From assembly GCF_009914755.1 (NCBI RefSeq), contig NC_060925.1: 64,000 nucleotides of DNA. The stretch is one strand, 5' to 3'. Origin of the DNA: the human T2T-CHM13v2.0 reference genome, Homo sapiens. Positions 29,271-43,529 of this stretch are shown in pieces. Position numbers and translations under genes: made by a program. The notes beneath the pieces were generated by a model. It saw nothing but the letters and a program-made list of their open reading frames with translations. It had not been told where the DNA came from and ran no database searches. Position 1 is the stretch's first letter; each line of letters starts with the position of its first letter.

Positions 29271-30414
29271 AATTAAAACTGTACCTTTTTAGACTTTACT
29301 CATTGAATCTGTTGAAGGCAGGACTGGGCTTCTCTCTAGGGTCCTCTTCAGGTTTAACATGCTTCAGTCTTTTGCTCAACATCATAACTGATCTACCTCT
29401 CCACCAGTGACCATAACAGCTTCTCTCAATAGCATGCTTGTAACCCAGTTTTCTGTGTATTCCAATGAATCTAATTTGCAACTGGGAAAACAGAGAGTTG
29501 ATGTTGGCCAGAATGTATTCATTTATTTTTTTTTCGAAACAAAAGTCTGGATATTGTGTAGACATAGTCTTTGATTCAAAAAATATTCTGCCTTTCAAAT
29601 ACCTAGTTTTTTTTACCACTGTTGTTAATTATTAATTTTTCAAGCAATTACATGTGTTATGATCTTTGGAATTCAAGTAAAATATAAGTAATATGGCATT
29701 GCATTAGCTAGAAATAGATTAAACCATAACTTCTCCCTTTATGTGATAACATAGATGTAGACTGTTAGAACCAAAGTGGCCCTAAGGATTATCTAGCTTA
29801 ATAATCTTGTTTTACAGCTCAGGAAAGGAAGGCCCAGAGGAGTGGTTTACTTAGATCATATTGCTTGTTGGCCAAGATAGGTCTAGAACTCTAGTCTTCT
29901 GACTGATGAAATGGTGCTCTACTAGCCACACAGATGGTAACTAAAATTCATAATAATCACTTTGAGATCCACAAGATTCCAAATTACCTTTGCAATAACA
30001 ATAATAAAAGTTAAAAATTTTAATACAGTGTTGATATTAAGATTATTTTCTTATATTGCAATTTCCTGAAAATTAGTGATCTATAATTGTGTAAGGCAAT
30101 ATATTTCAAGCATGGTTAAGAACACTTTGCTCTATAATAACTCTGTAAAACAGGGCATTTACTATAAAAATTTAATTTTTGAACATGATATCAAATGCTA
30201 ATGTTAGTAGATAAGAAATGTGGTCTTAAATTTTATTAATTTGATAATATATTTAGGAGTCTTCACCATTATCATTAGGTGCATTTCTTAAGTATACTAC
30301 AGAATAGCTTCAGACTTTGTATTACTTGCTTAATCCAAGGTCTCTTCTTTTAAGGGAAGCAAATAGTAGAAAAACAAAACAAAATTGTGGCCACTTTATT
30401 GTTTCTTATGTTGT

Positions 30415-30536
30415 TTTGTTTGCTTGTTTTTAAGAAACAATATCTTGGCTGGTTTCAAGCCCCTGGCCTCAAGAGATCCTCCCATGTCAGCCTCCTGAGT
30501 AGCTGGAACTATAGGCACATGCCACCATGCCCAGCT
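30415..30536 (-). mobile_element. Alu monomer (FLAM-like)
   Basis: GGCCTCAAGAGATCCTCCCATGTCAGCCTCCTGAGTAGCTGGAACTATAGGCACATGCCACCATGCCCAGCT. Confidence 0.85.
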
Positions 30537-32473
30537 CTCATTTTGTTTAAAAAAAGGTGAATTCATAGGATACTAAGCCTAGAGAAAGCCCATACTTCTT
30601 TCTCCTTTCTGGCAAGTTCACAGGAAATGCAGAGGATAAAACTTCAGGAATATAATTATGTAAGGGGTAAAATGGTAGATGTGAAATGTGAAGTTATTCC
30701 GCTACTTAAAGTTACAGTTTTGATGTGGACAAGAGAAAAAAACTAGAAGGTACAGAGTTTTGCTACAGAGAAGAAAGAAACAATTAGAAAATGAGAGACT
30801 TGTAATTGCAGAATAAAAACCTTGGAGTATATCTGGAGAGAAAAATATGATCCAAATAAATGTCCAAATCATTTAGGATGGATGATGCTCTTTTTTGATG
30901 ATTTATAAAGAATGTAAAATCTCTTTCTTTGGTCCACTCTACTATCCAGATCAGAATTTTGTTGATGTTGTTCAACAAGACACTCTCTCTGGTATCTTAA
31001 TTATCTCTCACTTCATTGAGTGCTTGGTGGATAAGGCAAACAGAAGCACAATATCTTCATAGGAATTAAACTGCATTTTTAAAAGATTCTGAAAGTAATG
31101 CTATCTCTTTTAACCTGATTGGAATTAAAACACATTCATAGAATTACCACATTTCTCTGTCTCTTCCTTTTACTTTTCCCTCCATTGTCAAAACTTTTAA
31201 GAATTAAAACATTCACAGGCTAAGCTAGCTTTTTCTTGAAAATTTGCAGCAAGCTGCTCCTGAAAAGATTGTTTCTTTTCTTTCTTTTTTTCCTTCCATT
31301 TCCCCGCCTACCTGCCTACCTGCTTCCTTCCTCCCTGCTTTCCTTCCTTCCTTCCTGGAAGAGAAGCAAGTTTCAATGCTCTCCTTGTACAAATTGTTCT
31401 TCCACAGTTCTGGACTTTGGAATCAGTAGAAATCCACATTTGTGTGTTTGTGTGTGTATGCGCGCGTGTGTGCTCGCGTTGCTTAATGTGATTCCTAATT
31501 CTAGAAACAGATCCATTTACAATACAGGACACCAGAAAGCATCAACCACCATAACCAGTCCTCTCTTTGCAAACCCTATCTACCAATGAATCAGACTTTC
31601 CCCCTTTCCAGTCTGAAAGAGTAAGTGGTATCTGTTTCTCCCCACTCCCAGACAGTCTGGCAGGCATCCGACTTGTCAGAAGGTCATGGTTTACAGCTGG
31701 GGAGTCTCCTGGGATGCTCATGGGAGGCCTGCCAACCACCAGATCACACTTTTCAGATGCTGCCTCTGGAGAGCCTGGGGGTAGACTGTTGATATTTGCA
31801 CTCTTCAGCTATGCCAGGAGCTCTGGAGGTGTGGAGGCAGCTCAGATGTGATGCCACGCACGCACTTGCAAAGAGTCACTGGGCACTGTCACTGAAGCCA
31901 GAAGTACTCACTCCCAAGCTGCAGTTGTTGGCAAGGAGAAGACAAAGTACACATAGCTATGGCAATATATCTGCACCAACCATTTGGGTGAGAAGAAGAC
32001 AAATGAAAGAGAAATGCTTCTGTCTGAATTATGAGTCTATCTGTAACCATTAGTGTAGCATTATTCTCTGTGGATTTGTTTGCACCACCGAGACTGCAAC
32101 ACCTCCCACCACCTGTTGGATGAAACTAATTACTTCAGCTCTTTTTCTTGGCCCACTCCTTGATCATGCAATTCCTCATCCTACCTGCGCTTTCTAGCCT
32201 CAAGGCTCATCTCTGCTTTGCCAGGCTGTGTTGTGCTATCTGGGCCGTGTGTTGCCTAAGGCATAATGTATGGTGGAAGGCAGTGGGGCTTTGTAATGAA
32301 GTGCCACGTTCTTGTCAGTGACAGTAATAACATTTGGGTCCAGGGACTTCTGTTATATCACTGTTTTTCCAGTCCTTAGCCCAATGCCTCCTACCTATGA
32401 TAATGAACCCAGGAGACCTCTGAGTTTAGATCCCAGAGAAAATTCCAGAATGTCTGTGCTGGTAGCTCAAATA

Positions 32474-32475
<2 letters not shown>

Positions 32476-32505
<30 letters not shown>
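32476..32505. repeat. (TG)15 microsatellite
   Basis: Direct reading. Confidence 0.98.
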
Positions 32506-32507
<2 letters not shown>

Positions 32508-33670
32508 CATGTATCTTATATATATACATGTTATATATATATAACATAGATATTATATATACATGTTATATATATATAACATAGATATTATATATACATG
32601 TTATATATATATAACATAGATATTATATATACATGTTATATATATATAACATAGATATTATATATACATGTTATATATATATAACATGGATATTATATAT
32701 ACGTTATATATATAACACGGATATTATATATACGTTATATATAACACGGATATTATATATCCATGTTATATATATAACACGGATATTATATATCCATGTT
32801 ATATATATAAAACACGGATATTATATACACATGTTATATATATAAAACACGGATATTATATACACGTTATATATATAAAACACGGATATTATATACACAT
32901 GTTATATATATATAACACGGATATTATATACACATGTTATATATATAACACGGATATTATATACACATGTTATATATATAACACGGATATTATATACACA
33001 TGTTATATATATAACACGGATATTATATACACATGTTATATATATAACACGGATATTATATACTCATGTTATATATATAACACGGATATTATATACACAT
33101 GTTGTATATATAACACGGATATTATATACACATGTTATATATATAACATGGATATTATATATACATGTTATATATATAACAGATATTATATATACATGTT
33201 ATATATATAACATAGATATTATATATACATGTTATATATATAACATAGACATTATATATACATGTTATATATATAACAGATATTATATATACATGTTATA
33301 TATATAACATAGATATTATATATACATGTTATATATAACAGATATTATATATACATGTTATATATATAACATAGATATTATATATACATGTTATATATAA
33401 CAGATATTATATATACATGTTATATATATAACATAGATATTATATATACATGTTATATATATAACATAGATATATATAACATAGATATTATATATACATG
33501 TTATATATAACATAGATATTATATATACATGTTATATATAACATAGATATTATATATACATGTTATATATAACATAGATATTATATATACATGTTATATA
33601 TAACATAGATATTATATATACGTTATATATAACATAGATATTATATATACGTTATATATAACATAGATAT
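32506..33670. repeat. AT-rich minisatellite, unit about 29-37 bp (modal 33 bp TATATATAACACGGATATTATATACACATGTTA), roughly 35 copies
   Basis: Direct reading. The 11-aa periodic pseudo-ORF (YIYNTDIIYTC) confirms the 33-bp period. Confidence 0.97.
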
Positions 33671-33780
33671 ATATGTTTATATAATATATAACATATGTTT
33701 AAGATATATAATATATATAACATGTTTATATAATATATAACATAATTATATGTTATATATGATATAAAACATATATATTA

Positions 33781-34001
33781 TATACGTTATATGTAATATA
33801 TAACATATATTGTATACGTTATATGTAATATATAACATATATTGTATACGTTATATGTAATATATAACATATATTGTATACGTTATATGTAATATATAAC
33901 ATATATTGTATACGTTATATGTAATATATAACATATATTGTATACGTTATATGTAATATATAACATATATTGTATACGTTATATGTAATATATAACATAT
34001 A
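33781..34001. repeat. Second minisatellite, 32-bp unit TATACGTTATATGTAATATATAACATATATTG, 6 full copies plus 1 partial
   Basis: Direct reading; copies appear identical. Flanked by degenerate TA-rich sequence to about 34137. Confidence 0.97.
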
Positions 34002-34149
34002 ATACATATAACATGTATATATAACATATATGTATATAACATATATATAACATATATAACATATATGTGATATTATATATATAACAAATATAACATATTT
34101 ATAACATATATAACATATATATAACACATATATATATTCCAAATGTCAA

Positions 34150-34350
34150 CTGTGTTGACATTTACCAGCTGTGTGACTTGAGCAAGTTCCCTGTGTTTTA
34201 GTTTCCTTTTCTGTAAAATGAAAATAGTCATAACATATGTGTCATAGTGTTGTTCTTTGGTCCAAGCTGGGAATGTGTTAGAAATTTATGTAAAATTATT
34301 TAGAATATTCAGAACATAGTAAGCACTTAATAAGTGTTCGCTTTTAATGT
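34150..34350 (+). mobile_element. MIR SINE
   Basis: CCAGCTGTGTGACTTGAGCAAGTT...TTTCCTTTTCTGTAAAATG...CATAGTAAGCACTTAATAAGTGTT. Confidence 0.85.
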
Positions 34351-34857
34351 TTATTATTATTATTTTTAGTTTACTTATAATATTTCTAAATTTCTTAGAA
34401 TTCTAAGTTCAAAGGATTCAACTGGGTATCCTCCATACTCAACATGATAACTGGAAAATAGTAAGCTCATTTCTAGGTCAGTACGCTTAAAGGATGGTGT
34501 TTTCCTGAGACAATAACTTTTTTCACAATTTGGTCAAGAAAACATTATTATCTGTCAGTACCTATGAGCAAAGACTCCCAAAGACAAGAAGACAACTTTG
34601 CATTTCTTCACTGTACCCTGTATTTTTGGAAGTACATCACTTAGTTGCTTGGTCTCCAGAAATTTACCTCCTTCATCAGTCTGATTTTTTTTTCTACTTC
34701 TCTATCCAAAGAAGGTTTGACTTCTATCAACAGAGATTTGGGTTACATATCATCCAAGTATGAGATAAATATAAATTTTCCTTTGAAATGGAAATACCCT
34801 TGCAAGTAGTAACACAAATCAAGAAGCATTGTGTGAATGAGTTTACCAGATCTGTGA

Positions 34858-34900
34858 TGTGCGTGTGTGCGCGTGCACGTGTGTGTGTGTGTGTGTGTGT
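34858..34900. repeat. (TG/CG)n alternating purine-pyrimidine microsatellite
   Basis: TGTGCGTGTGTGCGCGTGCACGTGTGTG... Confidence 0.95.
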
Positions 34901-35703
34901 AGTAGGGTGAGGACAGAAGGGAGACATAATTGGGGAGGAGGCTACAATAAGGCAAAAGGTCACAAAACAAAGAATGAAGGGCACCCAGGCAATAGCACTA
35001 GCCTCCTGATTTCAAGACATGGCAAACTTCCCCCTTCTATGTCTTTTTCAATAGTGGTTTCCTCAGAGTGGTATGACTGGATGATATTTTAAATTAGAAG
35101 CAGAATATGAATGTTTTGGAGACCTCTCTGCCTTACTAGACTTGGAAGTAACACAATGGTGGTCCTAGCATAAGCTACAGGTTCTAGGGCAGATGGAGGT
35201 TCTTTGGGTTCTATTCCTGCCATTTTTCTACTCTTGTGCAAGTCTGTATAGTAAAACACACAATGGACAAGAGCCTGAAGGACTGGAATATGAGCCCCAG
35301 GTCCAGAAAGCTGCTCTCTGTGTATATTCTTATATGCTGATTGTGGAAGTGTTTGTTTACCCCACAGTCTTGCTAATGGTGGAGAGCATCATCTAAGCTT
35401 GTTTTTATTAACTTGCAAGGGGAAATTGATACTGTTTTTGCGAGGATTTCTTAAACTCCTTATGAGAGTGAACAGTTTCTGTGTCTTAAACTCCTTGTTT
35501 CAGTGAAGTTTCTTCTTTTTGATTTGTCAGTTCATATGTTTAATCAATTTTTCTACCAGCGCAACACGATATTTTTGTGCCAAAATAAGATTTTTTTTGG
35601 TAAAATTTTGGGTTTTCTGCATGCTAGATGTGAAGTGCCACTCTTACCAAAAGCTCTGTCTGTTGTCAGAAAAATTGTCCAACAATTGGAAACAGGCCTC
35701 TAA

Positions 35704-36064
<361 letters not shown>

Positions 36065-37019
36065 GATCTTACAACTCTTTTGCAGGAAATGTTACCATAA
36101 AAATTTTTGTTCAATAGGATGTAGATAACCTCAGTCTAGTAGAACATATAACCTAAAGGCTTATGGACCTGTTGCACATTAACCAGTTTTGTATCTAGCC
36201 CATCAATCTATTAAATTGCCTCTGCACACTCAGTTTCTCAAATGAGCCTAGCACCAGTGTTTAGCTCGTACTGGTTCCCTCATCAATTAATAAGTTAAAT
36301 AAAATGTTTGACACTTGTTCATAATATGTTTGCCTGAGATTCAGGATTTTACCTTATCAAAAATCATACTTTAACATTATTGACTTTGAAGATTTCTTGC
36401 CAACTCCTAATTGCTTTTACTGAATACAGTCTGTCCCAGAATTAGGAAGGACAAAGGTTGATCCTTTCCATAGTCTCGTAACTCCTCTCACTTTAAGGTT
36501 AAAACTGCAAAATAAAAAGACAAGAAAGAAAACTTCAAGTCAAAAGAATCCAGTTCATGGTCTCTTCTGTTTTAACTGAAAGTACATGATTCCTTCCCAT
36601 GAAGCCTGCCAGGACTCACAAGCCTAACGTTTGCTGTTTCCAGGTGGCTGTGGTGGAGGTTTTACAGCCCCACTTTCCGTCTCACTCAGCTTAATTTTAA
36701 TGGCTGCCTCTTTCCGGGGGTCTTAGCGAACGGTTCCAGGAAGGGTTATAACCTACATTAAATAATAATCATTAAAAAAGAAAGATAGGGAAAATAAATT
36801 CCTCCTGTTTGCACATCCAAGCCAAAGGTCATTGTGAACAGGATTCTTGGCTGACTTGAGAAAGACATTACCCTCATAATTTCTCACCAGGATTTCGGTA
36901 ACTTGCCTCCCAAATGCTCTAGCAGTCCCACATTCCATTTCCCGCGACCCCACACAACCAGTAGCAAATACCTTACCCATCAACAGTGAAATGATTTTAC
37001 CTAGAAGTAAATATAATAG

Positions 37020-37575
37020 TTTCATTCCCCTAATTAAAATCCTTCAGTGGTTCCTCTCACTGCTCTGGGGATATAATTAAGCTTCTCCATATGACTAACA
37101 AGAGCCTTCAGCTCTGACCTCTCTGTAACTTTGCAGACTCACCCTTTTGTGACATCCTAACACAGCCCTTTCTTTCCAGCTGTTCTGACTTACACACGGC
37201 CCCTGTGCATGTCCCATGTACTCTGACACCTCCATGCAGTTGAGGATGCTTACCTCTATAATGTCCTCACCCTCTTCTCCAGTTCACTCTGATTTGTCTG
37301 CCAAGACTCAGTTATAGCCCCACCTTATCTTGTAAGCATGTCCTGATACCCAGTTCCAGGCTGAGTTAGGTGCATTTTTGAGCAGCTTCTGGCAGCAGCC
37401 AGTAAATAGCCCCATTGTAGCACATTATATATTGCTTTACAATCATTGCTTTTATTCTGTGTCATTCTCAGGGGATCTCAATAGGGCAGAAACTAAGTTT
37501 TGCCCCATTTTGTATCCCCAGGATTTATTCCATTGTCTTAACGCACGGAATGTTCAATAAATGTTAAAGGAATGA
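37020..37575 (+). mobile_element. L2 3' end
   Basis: TTAAAATCCTTCAGTGGTTCC...TTTGTATCCCCAG...TTCAATAAATGTT. Confidence 0.7.
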
Positions 37576-38369
37576 TCTCATCTTGTGACTTACATTCTTT
37601 AGCAACAAAAAAGTTCCTTAAGATGATATGGGAAATTATAGACATCTTCAAAGTGCCCTAAATTATTGTTTAAAAAGGCTTTAAAAATGAGTAAGAATTT
37701 CACTACCTTCTTGTCTTGAATTAAAAACTTATTCTATGAGTATGTACTGAGCCCCAGCATGTAGTGCAAATGAAGTTGCAGAGTAGAGGTACCGAATATT
37801 GGACAGCCTGTGTTAAGTACTTTGGGGAAGAGAGAATATCTTGGGCTTCTTTTAAATCCCCTACAGGACCTAATACCAAGAGCTCAGTAAATACTTGTTG
37901 TTTGATTGACTGTTTGAAATATATACAGTCAGTGCTGCCAAGAAACTCACAATCTAATTTATTAAGTGGTGACAAGTTAGTGATGCAACAGGGAAATTTG
38001 GGGATTATATCATAAAAGCATAGCATGGTAATTTGTGAAGCATGTTTTTGGTGGTCATCTTGTCCATAGCCTCTGCATTAGAGAGAATGGGTCAATTCAT
38101 CTGCCTCATTTATATAATAATATTCACTGCCAAAGTATTAAATCTTTTTTTTTGGTCTCTTTCCACTTGACATTCTATAGTTTCAACACTTAGTTATATA
38201 ACAGTGAATCACACCTCCATATCTCTAGCCTTAATCTGTCTCTTAAGGTATGGACTACATTTCCAACTACAGAACATCTGGATTTCAGAAAGAACCTTGT
38301 ACACCACAAGTCCAGATCTGAGCTCATTGTCTGATCCTTCTCCATCCTCAGTCTAGGTTACTGACCACT

Positions 38370-38570
38370 AGGCTGTCATTTACTAATTTGTGACCGTGGT
38401 TACATTACTTAAACTCTCTAGGCTTAGTTTTTCTGACCTGTAAAACTGTATAATATTAAGTTTCTACCTCATATAGATGTTGCGAGGATTAAATGAGTTA
38501 CTGTATGTAAAACATTTAGAATTGTTCCTGGCACACTCTAACTTTCAGTGAGTATTTGCTTCTATTATTT
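38370..38570 (+). mobile_element. MIR SINE
   Basis: TTACTTAAACTCTCT...CTACCTCATATAGATGTTGCGAGGATTAAATGAG...CCTGGCACA. Confidence 0.85.
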
Positions 38571-39031
38571 TTCTTAACCATATTTCTTTGAAATCTGAGT
38601 TGTTCTCACTGTCATCCTCTTCTTCACCTCCATATCCAAGGTCATTAATTCTCTTACATTCTACTTTGTATTGATGCTCTCAACTTTCCTATTGTCCAGT
38701 CAAGAAAATAACCACCCCTCCAGGTGTATCTAACAGAGGAGAAGTAATTACTATTCAAGAAATTGACTTAAGTAGGTTATGGAAGAACTAAGAAACGAAA
38801 AGGGATATTAGCAAAAGCAGGAAGCCACTATCACTCCTAAGGCTGGAAGGACAATGGAACAACCCTGGCTTTCTCCATCCTCTCACTCTCCTGTTTTCCT
38901 CCAGCACCTTTTCTAGGTCAAACTTGTATGGAAGCTAGTCAGCAATGGAGACCAAAGAAGAAAGTTAGTTTATGTAAAACAGAACAGAGCAGAAGAAGGG
39001 ACTCTTACATGAGCCCTATTCACTCTCTTGC

Positions 39032-39034
<3 letters not shown>

Positions 39035-39074
<40 letters not shown>

Positions 39075-39080
39075 ATCTCT
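39035..39080. repeat. (TC)n microsatellite
   Basis: Direct reading. Confidence 0.95.
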
Positions 39081-39451
39081 GCCTTTGTTCCTGTTTCTCT
39101 CCTGTCTTTGTTCAGGCTGTGGCTACCTCATGCCTGGACTGTTTGTACAGCTTCCTCACCAATATTCCTGGCATCGGCTTCTTCCTACTGTAGTTCCTGC
39201 TCTATATTTCCTCCAGAGTTACCTTATTTTAAAAATCCACACATGTGACCCTGACTTAAAAACCTTGGGTTCCTCCCTATTTGCCATAGGATAAAGTCCA
39301 AATTCAATATCATGCTTACTAGAGCCTTTATTCTCAGAATCTGAGTTATTGTAGGTAAAAAATGGATGACTGTAAATGATTTCTTATAGTTTAAATATCT
39401 CCTGTTGAATCTCCCATCATTTCTGTGCCACAGGCAACTAGAAATTTACAC

Positions 39452-40027
39452 TGTATTAGGCAGGGTTCTCTAGAGAAACGGAACTAATAGGAGATATATA
39501 CATATATATATGTATATATAGTATATATATAGGAGATATTATATAGGAGATATATATAATATACTATATATAAGCACTTAATAAACTATGATATATATGG
39601 TATATTTATATGATATATATATATGTATATATGGGAGTTAATATTAAGTATTAACTCACATGAGCACAAGGTCCCACAATAGGCCATCTGCAAGCAGAGG
39701 AGCAAGGAGACACAGTCTGAATCCCAAAACTGAAGATTATGGAGTCTGATGTTTGAGGGCAGGAAACATCCAGCACAGGAGAAAGATATAGGCTGGGAGG
39801 CTAGGCCAGTCCAGTCTTTTTGCATTTTTTTTTTCTGCCTGCTTTATATTCTAGCCACTCTGGCAGCTAAATAGATGGTGTCCACTCAGATTAAGGGTGG
39901 GTCTACCTTTCCCAGCCCACTGACTCAACTGTTAGTCTCCTTTGGTAACACGCTCACAGACACACCCAGGATCAATATCTTGCATCCTTCAATCCAATCA
40001 AATTGACAGTCAGTATTAACCACCACA
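39452..40027 (-). mobile_element. ERVL solo LTR, MLT2A (A2-like)
   Basis: Homologous to 7272-7752, with TG...CA ends, TSD TACAC/TACAT and an expanded internal TA-rich tract. Confidence 0.93.
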
Positions 40028-42113
40028 TACATCAAAGCTTTTCATTCTCTTTAATCTGCCTAGAACACTCATGTTTGTTTTTCCTTGAAGGTTTTCCATG
40101 GGCCTCTAGAGTTAGTTGCCCTTTTCTTTGTATGTTTCTTCTGCATTGCTCCCTAACTTTATTCTAGCACTTTTCCTGCTGCATCAAACTGTCTACTTTC
40201 TACCTGTTTATTCTGTTTTCTTCATGCAGATTCCTCCTGAGAACATTGAACAGAAGTTTGTGGGATCTCTTTAAATGTTAAATAAATGACTAATACTGTA
40301 CATAGTAACTGTGCCAAGATTTGCCTGACTGAATAATTTTGTGTGGGCTCCAGTTGGAGTTCTGTGGACATTGCTTTGTGAGCAATAGCATCCTTTCTCT
40401 TTTGTCAGACCATGCAAACTGGTGGACTGATTTATTTCACCAGATTTCCTAGTCAACCTGGTCTGTGAATTCTGAGTGGAGATTCAATTTAAAAAATGAA
40501 CTTGTTTCCACCATTTAAGACTGGAGTTTTCCCTTCTGCATCTTTTCCATTTTTTTCTGACTCATAAATTTTCAAGACACACCTGGCCATGGACTCACAG
40601 TCACCACACACTAGGGTGTCCTACACCCATGGATGATGAATCTAAAATATTTTTGGTATGATGTTTTCCAAAGAGCAGAAAATTCCATTGATATGGTTAA
40701 TATGGTCTAAAATCAGTTCCACCTTTTTGACTTGTATTGTTTTGCCAGAATTGTCTGAAGTAAGAATGCTCATGCTGCTAGGGCACTTGACAGCTGACTT
40801 TTCTTTTGCAAAAGAGAAACTGGCATCTGTCGCAAAGGAATAGGGATTATGTTTCAATAATTTTGTGCTAGCTTGCTGTGCCTAGTTTAGACACAACCCC
40901 CAAAACTTGCAGCATGGCTTTGTGCAATCTTTTCATTTATTTTAAATTGTGAATTATCTCAGCAGACCCATGTAGCTTCTTGTGCCTTTGAAGTTTTGGA
41001 GATGTCATTTGAAAGTGAGTTAAAACTGGATTGATGTACCAAGAATAACTTATCCAGGTCATTTAATAAATGAATGCATGAAAGTTTCCAGTGCAAAAGT
41101 GAGAAATCCTACCTTTGGAACCAATTCTAAAAGAACCACCCTACTCCTCTGCCTGATCCATGGCTATAGTCTTGAGTTCTATGGGGTAAGTACTATGATG
41201 GGGGCACATCAAGCATGAAAGCAAGAGCTGTTTGACTCAGTAAGCTGGAGTTAGGGAAGGGAGAGAGGGAAGTGCATGTCAAATGAGACAGCAATTAAGA
41301 TCTAAGATAAGAAAACACCCATCATACAAAGAGTTTGGAGAATGGCACAATCTTTCCACTGGGACAGTAGGGTTGATGAGATGATTTTACCAGGGATATG
41401 ACCAGTCTGGATGCTTCCCCTGTTCCCCCTTGTCCCACCTGGCATTATCACAGGTAGAAAATAGAAATGAACATTGGAAGCAGTGACCTTATTTTAAAAA
41501 ATGCACACTTAGCTTATGAAAATCTTGAAGAAAACAATTAGCACTAGTTACTCAGGTATATATTTTCCTATTGCAATATGGTGATTTGTATACATGCCTA
41601 TATCTTCAATAATTCTAAGATTATTTAAAATTTAAGTGTTTCTCAGGGGCAAGAACTAAATGTTATTCATTTTTATACACCGAAAGTCTTGCACAGTGTC
41701 TGACATGTAACAGTAGTAAAAAAATATGCTTGTGGAATAAATTACTGGACACGTGGGGAATGTATGAAAATAATACACATGGATTGAATTTTAAAAAATA
41801 AATTATTCCTTGTCCTGGTTTCTGATATGATTAATGAATAAATAAGATGTTTCTTGGATTCTTTCTCGAGGACTGACCATGACCCAAGTTGTATTCTTGC
41901 AAGACAAATATAGGTGTTAAATGTCTGAATTGTGTAAATGTAAATATTTAACTAGAGTTGGGGTTATCAAGAACTCAATATTTCAAAGTGCAGCGTTCAA
42001 GAGAAACTGGTTTGACAGCCAAGAATGGATCTAGAAGTTCAAAGTTGGAATGCATGAGACAGAGTTCACCACATACAGAAGAACAGGGTTAGTTCAGAAG
42101 CTAAGAAGGTCAG

Positions 42114-42478
42114 TGATATAGTTTGGCTGTGTCTCCACCCAAATCTCATTTTGAATTGTAGCTCCCATAATCCCCACGTGCTGTAGGAGGGAGACGGTGG
42201 GAGGTAATTAAATCATGGGGTTGAGTTTTTCCCATGTTGTTCTTGTGATAGTGAATAAGTCTCACGAGATCTGACGGTTTTATAAAGGGGAGTTCCCCTG
42301 CACACTCTCTCTTTCCTGCAACCATGTAAGACGTGCCTTTGTTCCTCCTCTGCCTTCCACCATGATTGTGAGGTCTCCCCAGCCATGTGGAACTATGAGA
42401 CCACTAAATCTCTTTTTCTTTATAAATTACCCAGTCTCAGGTATGTCTTTATTAGCAGCATGAGAATGGACTAATACA
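42114..42478 (+). mobile_element. MaLR solo LTR, THE1B-like
   Basis: TGATATAGTTTGGCTGTGTCTCCACCCAAATCTC...TATAAATTACCCAGTCTCAGGTATGTCTTTATTAGCAGC...CTAATACA. TSD GTCAG/GTAAG. Confidence 0.95.
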
Positions 42479-43529
42479 GTAAGATACTCATTGAAGCCAA
42501 CCATTGACACACAGCCTGGATACAGGTACTCTAAGGGGCCAAAGAGGATCAGACAGAAATGTAAAAACCTAGCCATTAACCCATGATAAATTAGGCCTTC
42601 ATCTACACAAGTGCTTCTTAACTGTGTTAATATCAAGGCACATATAAAAAGTGATAATTTAAGGTACCCTAGATTAAACTGCAGGCCTGAAGGGATCAAT
42701 ATATGAGCACACTTGTAACCCTGAACCAGCAATGGCTAGAGGTTCTGGTCTACTCAGTTACTCCATGCAGTTTGATGTCTTTAGACTCTTGGGTAGCCAA
42801 TAAACAGTTGCACACATATTAGGCAAGCTAAGCTGCTAGGTTTAGAGAAAATAATTTGTTTGAATTAGTATGTCACTCCAATACTAGTTGTGGTAGAACA
42901 TAAAAAGTCCAGTTAATTATGACCGAACAAATACTAACTGCTACTAAATGCAATCATCCATTTAAGACATGTAGTATGAATTGGTTGATAGTGGAATAAA
43001 CCTATATATGTTGGGGTTTTTATCCACCGTTTTCTATTATTTTCTAACCTTACCACAATCATCAGTGAGTACTTATTAATTTTTTATGGTATGCAAAGTT
43101 TTACTTTTGGTATTAATCCTGAGAAAACACAGAGAAAGTCATAGTCCTGCTATATAGTCAAGCAGAAAAAAAGCATTTGTTATTTTTAGCTAGAAATATT
43201 ATATTATAATACTTAAGGCCATTCTATAAGTCTAAACATTTGATATAAAATATTTGGTTATCGTTTTCCAATATAAATAAATTCTAACATTTATTGAGTC
43301 TTTTAAAGTTGTGTCAATCAAAATACCAAGAGTATTGTTAAGAGTATTTCTATGAGTTAAGTACTATTTTTAGCCCTATGTACAACTAAGGCTAATAAAA
43401 CTTTTCAAAATTGTATAGCTAGGAAGTGACAGAGCCTTCACCCCAATTCAGATTTCTCTAGTTCCAAATCCCATGATTTTACTAGGTTACACTGAGTTCT
43501 CTCTTTCAATAAAATAAGATATTTAGACT

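Noticed and set aside
32899-33210. Repetitive YIYNTDIIYTC ORF, and a CRISPR-like appearance of the array
   Set aside because: The ORF is an artefact of a 33-bp minisatellite. There are no unique spacers and no cas genes, and the DNA is eukaryotic.
34141-34163. Short hairpin AAATGTCAAC-TGT-GTTGACATTT and 14-bp palindromes at 34394 and 55294
   Set aside because: They are too short to separate from chance or local slippage in AT-rich DNA, and they are not terminators in this context.
35449-35496. 9-13 bp direct repeats (also 48902-48935, 51710-51736, 28728-28745)
   Set aside because: These are common micro-duplications.
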